A stretch of DNA of 64,000 bases from Laetmonice hystrix. Lineage: Eukaryota. Location: assembly GCA_965235115.1 (NCBI GenBank), contig OZ249436.1, forward strand, positions 15,130,001 through 15,194,000, read 5' to 3'. The stretch's first letter is position 1. Each line of letters opens with the position of its first letter. Below are positions 55,101 to 64,000 of the stretch, piece after piece. The notes below the pieces were generated by a model that saw nothing but the letters and a program-made list of their open reading frames with translations, was not told the origin of the DNA and ran no database searches. Position numbers and translations under genes: made by a program.

Positions 55101-58100
55101 TACGGATGCCTCATGTTTCATGTTTGCATGCCTTTGTTGTCCAGGAGGCAGGCCATACGTTTCGTCTATCATTTACTCCCATCTCATCTGTGTCCCCTAC
55201 AGACCATCTGTAAGGGTCCGACAACGTTGTCAGGTAGTGCCAATGGCTGTTTGCCGTAAAGGTTTAATTAACAATGGCAAATGACGTTCTACGCCTTTCC
55301 TATATCAGATATCCCATCACCAAGTGAAAAACGATTACAGAGATGTTGCAGACAACCGCCAGGGTGCTGTGCTGACGCGGTGACTCCGACTGCACTGCCA
55401 CCTTCCGGCTGCCGGTGGAATCACGACGTATACCTGGCACGGCTTCCAGGCACCTGTGGCGCTTAGGGGAGAGACAGGTTTCTGCAATGATAAGTGAAAA
55501 ATGGCCTCATTTTTGATACGTCAATTTGAAACTACGCCCCCGAAATTATGATTGTTAGGCCAGATCTATAAATGTCAAACCTATTGGTCTCGTACGTTCG
55601 CTACAGATAAATAGTTGTGATATGTATATTTCGCATTTGAGTATCTTCTCCACATTTTAACATTAGATGCTCCTCGCCTGTATATTTCATTTCCACTACC
55701 TCACTTTACTGTTTGCATGGGTAGTAGGCCAGCTGCTAAGATGTACGGATTCCTCACTGTACTGTTTGGCCTCCTATACTGCTTTGCCTCACTGTCCTCT
55801 TTGGCCTCACTGTAGTGTTTGCTTGGGTACTAGGCCAGGCAGTACCTTGTGGGGATTCCTCACTCTACTGTTTGGCCTTCCTGTACTCTTTGGCCTCACT
55901 CTACTGCTTGCTTGTATACAACCGTAGCCAGTAGTATACGGATGCCTCATGTTTCATGTTTGCATGCCTTTATTGTCCAGGAGGCAGGCCATACGTTTCG
56001 TCTATCATTTACTCCCATCTCATCTGTGTCCCCTACAGACCATCTGTAAGGGTCCGACAACGTTGTCAGGTAGTGCCAATGGCTGTTTGCCGAAAAAGTT
56101 TATTTAACAATGGCAAATGACGTTGTACGCCTTTCCTATATCAGATACCCAATCCCCAAGTAAAAAAACGATTACAGAGATGTTGCAGGCAACCGCCAGG
56201 GTGCTGTGCTGGAGCGGCGGCTCCAACTGCACTGCCACCTTCCGGCTACCGGTGGAATCACCACGTATACCTGGCCGGGCTGCCAGGCACCTGTGGCGCT
56301 TAGGGGAGAGACAGGTTTCTGCAATGATAAGCGAAAAATGTTCTCATTTTTGATACGTCAATTTGAAACTACGCCCCCGAAATTATGATTGTTAGGCCAG
56401 ATATATAAATGTCAAACGTATACGTCTCGTACGTTCGCTACAGATAAATGGTTGTGATATGTATACTTCCCGGTTGAATATCTTCTCCAAATTTTAACAT
56501 TAGATGCTCCTCGCCTGTACCTTTCATTTCCACTACGTCACTGTATGGTTTGCATGGGTAGTAGGCCAGCTGGTAAGATGTACGGACTCTTCACTGTACT
56601 GTTTGGCCTCCCATTCTGCTTGGCCTCACAGTATACTGTTTGGCCTCACTGTAGTGTTTGCTTGGGTACTAGGCCAGGCAGTACCTTGTGGGGATTCCTC
56701 ACTGTACTGTTTGGCCTTCTTGTACTCTTTGGCCTCACTCTACTGCTTGCTTGTATACAACCATAGCCAGTAGTATACGGATGCCTCATGTTTCATGTTT
56801 GCATGCCTTTATTGTCCAGGAGGCAGGCCATACGTTTCGTCAATCATTTACTCCCATCTCATCTGTGTCCCCTACAGACCATCTGTAAGGGTCCGACAAC
56901 GTTGTCAGGTAGTGCCAATGGCTGTTTGCCGTAAAGGTTTAATTATCAATGGCAAATGACGTTCTACGCCTTTCCTATATCAGATACCCAATCCCCAAGT
57001 AAAAAAACGATTACAGAGATGTTGCAGGCAACCGCCAGGGTGCTGTGCTGGAGCGGCGGCTCCAACTGCACTGCCACCTTCCGGCTACCGGTGGAATCAC
57101 CACGTATACCTGGCCGGGCTGCCAGGCACCTGTGGCGCTTAGGGGAGAGACAGGTTTCTGCAATGATAAGCGAAAAATGTCCTCATTTTTGATACGTCAA
57201 TTTGAAACTACGCCCCCGAAATTATGATTGTTAGGCCAGATGTATAAATGTCAAACCTATTGGTCTCGTACGTTCGCTACAGATAAATGGTTGTGATATG
57301 TATACTTCCCGTTTGAGTATCTTTTCCAAATTTTAACATTAGATGCTCCTCGCCTGTACCTTTCATTTCCACTACGTCACTGTACTGTTTGCATGGGTAG
57401 TAGGCCAGCTTGTAAGATCTACGGACTCTTCACTGTACTGTTTGGCCTCCCATTCTGCTTGGCCTAACGGTATAGAATCTACTGTTTGGCCTCCCTGTAC
57501 TGTTTGGCCTCACTGTAGTGTTTGCTTGGGTACTAGGCCAGCCAGTACCTTGTGGGGATTCCTCACTGTACTGTTTGGCCTTCCTGTACTCTTTGGCCTC
57601 ACTCTACTGCTTGCTTGTATACAACCGTAGCCAGTAGTATACGGATGCCTCTTGTTTCATGTTTGCATGCCTTTATTGTCCAGGAGGCAGGCCATACGTT
57701 TCGTCTATCATTTACTCCCATCTCATCTGTGTCCCCTACAGACCATCTGTAAGCGTCCGACAACGTTGTCAGGTAGTGCCAATGGCTGTTTGCCGAAAAA
57801 GTTTATTTAACAATGGCAAATGACGTTGTACGCCTTTCCTATATCAGATACCCCATCCCCAAGTAAAAAACGATTACAGAGATATTGCAGGCAACCGCCA
57901 GGGTGCTGTGCTGAAGCGGCGGCTCCAACTGCACTGCCACCTTCCGGCTACCGGTGGAATCACCACGTATACCTGGCCGGGCTGCCAGGCACCTGTGGCG
58001 CTTAGGGGAGAGACAGGTTTCTGCAATGATAAGCGAAAAATGTCCTCATTTTTGATACGTCAATTTGAAACTGCGCCCCCGAAATTATGATTGTTAGGCC

Positions 58101-61100
58101 AGATGTATAAATGTCAAACCTATTGGTCTCGTACGTTCGCTACAGATAAATGGTTGTGATATGTATACTTCCCGTTTGAGTATCTTGTCCAAATTTTAAC
58201 ATTATATGCTCCTCGCCTGTACCTTTCATTTCCACTGCGTCACTGTACTGTTTGCATGGGTAGTAGGCCAGCTTGTAAGATGTAGGGACTCTTCACTGTG
58301 CTGTTTGGCCTCCCATTCTGCTTCGCCTCACAGTATACTGTTTGGCCTCACTGTACTGTTTGGCCTCACTGTAGTGTTTGCTTGGGTACTAGGCCAGGCA
58401 GTACCTTGTGGGGATTCCTCACTGTACTGTTTGGCCTTCCTGTACTCTTTGGCCTCACTCTACTGCTTGCTTGTATACAACCGTAGCCAGTAGTGTACGG
58501 ATGCCTCATGTTTCATGTTTGCATGCCTTTATTGTCCAGGAGGCAGGCCATACGTTTCGTCTATCATTTACTCCCATCTCATCTGTGTCCCCTACAGACC
58601 ATCTGTAAGTGTTCGACAACGTTGTCAGGTAGTGCCAATGGCTGTTTGCCGTAAAGGTTTAATTAACAATGGCAAATGACGTTCTACGCCTTTCCTATAT
58701 CAGATAACGAAAAACGATTACAGAGATGTTGCAGACAACCGCCAGGGTGCTGTGCTGACGCGGTGACTCCGACTGCACTGCCACCTTCCGGCTACCGGTG
58801 GAATCACCACGTATACCTGGCACGGCTTCCAGGCACCTGTGGCGCTTAGGTGAGAGACAGGTTTCTGCAATGATAAGTGAAAAATGGCCTCATTTTTGAT
58901 ACGTCAATTTGAAACTACGCCCCCGAAATTATGATTGTTAGGCCAGATCTATAAATGTCAAACCTATTGGTCTCGTACGTTCGCTACAGATAAATAGTTG
59001 TGATATGTATATTTCGCATTTGAGTATCTTCTCCACATTTTAACATTAGATGCTCCTCGCCTGTACCTTTCATTTCCACTACGTCACTGTACTGTTTGCA
59101 TGGGTAGTAGGCCAGCTTGTAAGATCTACGGACTCTTCACTGTACTGTTTGGCCTCCCATTCTGCTTGGCCTAACGGTATAGAATCTACTGTTTGGCCTC
59201 CCTGTACTGTTTGGCCTCACTGTAGTGTTTGCTTGGGTACTAGGCCAGCCAGTACCTTGTGGGGATTCCTCACTGTACTGTTTGGCCTTCCTGTACTCTT
59301 TGGCCTCACTCTACTGCTTGCTTGTATACAACCGTAGCCAGTAGTATACGGATGCCTCTTGTTTCATGTTTGCATGCCTTTATTGTCCAGGAGGCAGGCC
59401 ATACGTTTCGTCTATCATTTACTCCCATCTCATCTGTGTCCCCTACAGACCATCTGTAAGCGTCCGACAACGTTGTCAGGTAGTGCCAATGGCTGTTTGC
59501 CGAAAAAGTTTATTTAACAATGGCAAATGACGTTGTACGCCTTTCCTATATCAGATACCCCATCCCCAAGTAAAAAACGATTACAGAGATATTGCAGGCA
59601 ACCGCCAGGGTGCTGTGCTGAAGCGGCGGCTCCAACTGCACTGCCACCTTCCGGCTACCGGTGGAATCACCACGTATACCTGGCCGGGCTGCCAGGCACC
59701 TGTGGCGCTTAGGGGAGAGACAGGTTTCTGCAATGATAAGCGAAAAATGTCCTCATTTTTGATACGTCAATTTGAAACTGCGCCCCCGAAATTATGATTG
59801 TTAGGCCAGATGTATAAATGTCAAACCTATTGGTCTCGTACGTTCGCTACAGATAAATGGTTGTGATATGTATACTTCCCGTTTGAGTATCTTGTCCAAA
59901 TTTTAACATTATATGCTCCTCGCCTGTACCTTTCATTTCCACTGCGTCACTGTACTGTTTGCATGGGTAGTAGGCCAGCTTGTAAGATGTAGGGACTCTT
60001 CACTGTGCTGTTTGGCCTCCCATTCTGCTTCGCCTCACAGTATACTGTTTGGCCTCACTGTACTGTTTGGCCTCACTGTAGTGTTTGCTTGGGTACTAGG
60101 CCAGGCAGTACCTTGTGGGGATTCCTCACTGTACTGTTTGGCCTTCCTGTACTCTTTGGCCTCACTCTACTGCTTGCTTGTATACAACCGTAGCCAGTAG
60201 TGTACGGATGCCTCATGTTTCATGTTTGCATGCCTTTATTGTCCAGGAGGCAGGCCATACGTTTCGTCTATCATTTACTCCCATCTCATCTGTGTCCTCT
60301 ACAGACCATCTGTAAGTGTTCGACAACGTTGTCAGGTAGTGCCAATGGCTGTTTGCCGTAAAGGTTTAATTAACAATGGCAAATGACGTTCTACGCCTTT
60401 CCTATATCAGATAACGAAAAACGATTACAGAGATGTTGCAGACAACCGCCAGGGTGCTGTGCTGACGCGGTGACTCCGACTGCACTGCCACCTTCCGGCT
60501 ACCGGTGGAATCACCACGTATACCTGGCACGGCTTCCAGGCACCTGTGGCGCTTAGGTGAGAGACAGGTTTCTGCAATGATAAGTGAAAAATGGCCTCAT
60601 TTTTGATACGTCAATTTGAAACTACGCCCCCGAAATTATGATTGTTAGGCCAGATCTATAAATGTCAAACCTATTGGTCTCGTACGTTCGCTACAGATAA
60701 ATAGTTGTGATATGTATATTTCGCATTTGAGTATCTTCTCCACATTTTAACATTAGATGCTCCTCGCCTGTATATTTCATTTCCACTACCTCACTTTACT
60801 GTTTGCATGGGTAGTAGGCCAGCTGGTAAGATGTACGGATTCCTCACTGTACTGTTTGGCCCCCTATACTGCTTTGCCTCACTGTCCTCTTTGGCCTCAC
60901 TGTAGTGTTTGCTTGGGTACTAGGCCAGGCAGTACCTTGTGGGGATTCCTCACTCTACTGTTTGGCCTTCCTGTACTCTTTGGCCTCACTCTACTGCTTC
61001 CTTGTATACAACCGTAGCCAGTAGTATACGGATGCCTCATGTTTCATGTTTGCATGCCTTTATTGTCCAGGAGGCAGGCCATACGTTTCGTCTATCATTT

Positions 61101-64000
61101 ACTCCCATCTCATCTGTGTCCCCTACAGACCATCTGTAAGGGTCCGACAACGTTGTCAGGTAGTGCCAATGGCTGTTTGCCGAAAAAGTTTATTTAACAA
61201 TGGCAAATGACGTTGTACGCCTTTCCTATATCAGATACCCAATCCCCAAGTAGAAAAACGATTACAGAGATGTTGCAGGCAACCGCCAGGGTGCTGTGCT
61301 GGAGCGGCGGCTCCAACTGCACTGCCACCTTCCGGCTACCGGTGGAATCACCACGTATACCTGGCCGGGCTGCCAGGCACCTGTGGCGCTTAGGGGAGAG
61401 ACAGGTTTCTGCAATGATAAGCGAAAAATGTTCTCATTTTTGATACGTCAATTTGAAACTACGCCCCCGAAATTATGATTGTTAGGCCAGATATATAAAT
61501 GTCAAACGTATACGTCTCGTACGTTCGCTACAGATAAATGGTTGTGATATGTATACTTCCCGTTTGAATATCTTCTCCAAATTTTAACATTAGATGCTCC
61601 TCGCCTGTACTTTTCATTTCCACTACGTCACTGTATGGTTTGCATGGGTAGTAGGCCAGCTGGTAAGATGTACGGACTCTTCACTGTACTGTTTGGCCTC
61701 CCATTCTGCTTGGCCTCACAGTATACTGTTTGGCCTCACTGTAGTGTTTGCTTGGGTACTAGGCCAGGCAGTACCTTGTGGGGATTCCTCACTGTACTGT
61801 TTGGCCTTCTTGTACTCTTTGGCCTCACTCTACTGCTTGCTTGTATACAACCATAGCCAGTAGTATACATATCCCTCATGTTTCATGTTTGCATGCCTTT
61901 ATTGTCCAGGAGGCAGGCCATACGTTTCGTCAATCATTTACTCCCATCTCATCTGTGTCCCCTACAGACCATCTGTAAGGGTCCGACAACGTTGTCAGGT
62001 AGTGCCAATGGCTGTTTGCCGTAAAGGTTTAATTATCAATGGCAAATGACGTTCTACGCCTTTCCTATATCAGATACCCAATCCCCAAGTAAAAAAACGA
62101 TTACAGAGATGTTGCAGGCAACCGCCAGGGTGCTGTGCTGGAGCGGCGGCTCCAACTGCACTGCCACCTTCCGGCTACCGGTGGAATCACCACGTATACC
62201 TGGCCGGGCTGCCAGGCACCTGTGGCGCTTAGGGGAGAGACAGGTTTCTGCAATGATAAGCGAAAAATGTCCTCATTTTTGATACGTCAATTTGAAACTA
62301 CGCCCCCGAAATTATGATTGTTAGGCCAGATGTATAAATGTCAAACCTATTGGTCTCGTACGTTCGCTACAGATAAATGGTTGTGATATGTATACTTCCC
62401 GTTTGAGTATCTTTTCCAAATTTTAACATTAGATGCTCCTCGCCTGTACCTTTCATTTCCACTACGTCACTGTACTGTTTGCATGGGTAGTAGGCCAGCT
62501 TGTAAGATGTACGGACTCTTCACTGTACTGTTTGGCCTCCCATTCTGCTTGGCCTAACGGTGTAGAATCTACTGTTTGGCCTCCCTGTACTGTTTGGCCT
62601 CACTGTAGTGTTTGCTTGGGTACTAGGCCAGCCAGTACCTTGTGGGGATTCCTCACTGTACTGTTTGGCCTTCCTGTACTCTTTGGCCTCACTCTACTGC
62701 TTGCTTGTATACAACCGTAGCCAGTAGTATACGGATGCCTCTTGTTTCATGTTTGCATGCCTTTATTGTCCAGGAGGCAGGCCATACGTTTCGTCTATCA
62801 TTTACTCCCATCTCATCTGTGTCCCCTACAGACCATCTGTAAGCGTCCGACAACGTTGTCAGGTAGTGCCAATGGCTGTTTGCCGAAAAAGTTTATTTAA
62901 CAATGGCAAATGACGTTGTACGCCTTTCCTATATCAGATACCCCATTCCCAAGTAAAAAACGATTACAGAGATATTGCAGGCAACCGCCAGGGTGCTGTG
63001 CTGAAGCGGCGGCTCCAACTGCACTGCCACCTTCCGGCTACCGGTGGAATCACCATGTATACCTGGCCGGGCTGCCAGGCACCTGTGGCGCTTAGGGGAG
63101 AGACTGGTTTATGCAATGATAAGCGAAAAATGGCTTCATTTTTGATACGTCAATTTGAAACTACGCCCCGAAATTATGATTGTTAGGCCAGATATATAAA
63201 TGTCAAACGTATACGTCTCGTACGTTCGCTACAGATAAATGGTTGTGATATGTATACTTCCCGTTTGAATATCTTCTCCAAATTTTAACATTATATGCTC
63301 CTCGCCTGTACCTTTCATTTCCACTACGTCACTGTACTGTTTGCATGGGTAGTAGGCCAGCTGGTAAGATGTACGGACTCTTCACTGTACTGTTTGGCCT
63401 CCCATTCTGCTTGGCCTCACAGTATACTGTTTGGCCTCACTGTAGTGTTTGCTTGGGTACTAGGCCAGGCAGTACCTTGTGGGGATTCCTCACTCTACTG
63501 TTTGGCCTTCTTGTACTCTTTGGCCTCACTCTACTGCTTGCTTGTATACAACCGTAGCCAGTAGTATACGGATGCCTCATGTCTCATGTTTGCATGCCTT
63601 TATTGTCCAGGAGGCAGGCCATACGTCTCGTCTATCATTTACTCCCATCTCATCTGTGTCCCCTACAGACCATCTGTAAGGGTCCGACAACGTTGTCAGG
63701 TAGTGCCAATAGCTGTTTGCCGTAAAGGTTTAATTAACAATGGCAAATGACGTTCTACGCCTTTCCTATATCAGATATCCCATCCCCAAGTGAAAAACGA
63801 TTACAGAGATGTTGCAGGCAACCGCCAGGGTGCTGTGCTGAAGCGGTGGCTCCGACTGCACTGCCACCTTCCGGCTACCGGTGGAATCACCACGTTTACC
63901 TGGCCGGGCTGGCAGCCACCTGTGGCGCTTAGGGGAGAGACAGGTTTCTGCAATGATAAGCGAAAAATGGCCTCATTTTTATACGTCAATTTGAAACTAC
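7122..64000 (+). repeat. Macrosatellite: ~67 head-to-tail monomers of ~835-865 bp with higher-order organisation, continuing past the window end
   Basis: The same sequence and the same short ORFs recur every 836-864 bp (e.g. the (A)GATGCTCCTCGC landmark at 8311, 9182, 10019, 10857, 11694 ... 62433, 63295). I count 67 such landmarks including the divergent one at 7397. All copies share one orientation. Confidence 0.98.
7430..7760 (+). repeat. Nested internal minisatellite of the monomer (18-bp CACTGTACTGTTTGGCCT units grouped in ~85-bp modules); best preserved in the first monomer
   Basis: Repeated ACTGTACTGTTTGGCCTC units interrupted by TTGCTTGGGTACTAGGCCAGGCAGTACC..TGTAGGGA(C/T)TCCT modules; present in every monomer with variable copy number. 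Confidence 0.9.

Noticed and set aside
7397..63989. Hundreds of recurring 60-95 aa ORFs (MLLACTFHFH..., MGIPHCTVWP..., MTLYAFPISD...) as a tandem small-protein gene family
   Set aside because: They overlap in all three frames, frameshift freely between monomers (A6/A7 run, 25-bp and 1-bp indels), often depend on GTG/TTG starts, and resemble no domain I recognise. The Cys/Trp periodicity simply reflects the 18-bp subrepeat.
7122..64000. Tandem 5S rRNA, tRNA, snRNA or histone gene cluster
   Set aside because: I found no recognisable 5S, tRNA cloverleaf/A-B box, U snRNA or histone sequence on either strand of the monomer; only an Rfam search could fully exclude a divergent ncRNA.

Overview
Eukaryotic (invertebrate metazoan-like) genomic DNA with three parts. 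Bases 41-2991 hold the last seven coding exons of an intron-containing follistatin-related protein 4/5 (FSTL4/5-like) gene on the + strand: an Ig I-set domain followed by the C-terminal beta-propeller-like region. A probable long 3' UTR and intergenic stretch follow, including a 526-bp TTAA-flanked non-autonomous DNA transposon (6396-6921). From about 7122 to the window end lies one head-to-tail macrosatellite of about 67 monomers of roughly 835-865 bp. The monomers contain nested 18-bp and ~85-bp subrepeats and many short dyad symmetries. They fall into five subtypes (A-E) in a cyclic higher-order repeat, overlaid by nested tandem block duplications of 1707, 2542, 3411, 8487 and 11897 bp. The short ORFs inside the array are judged non-coding. 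No rRNA, tRNA, CRISPR or prokaryotic features were found.
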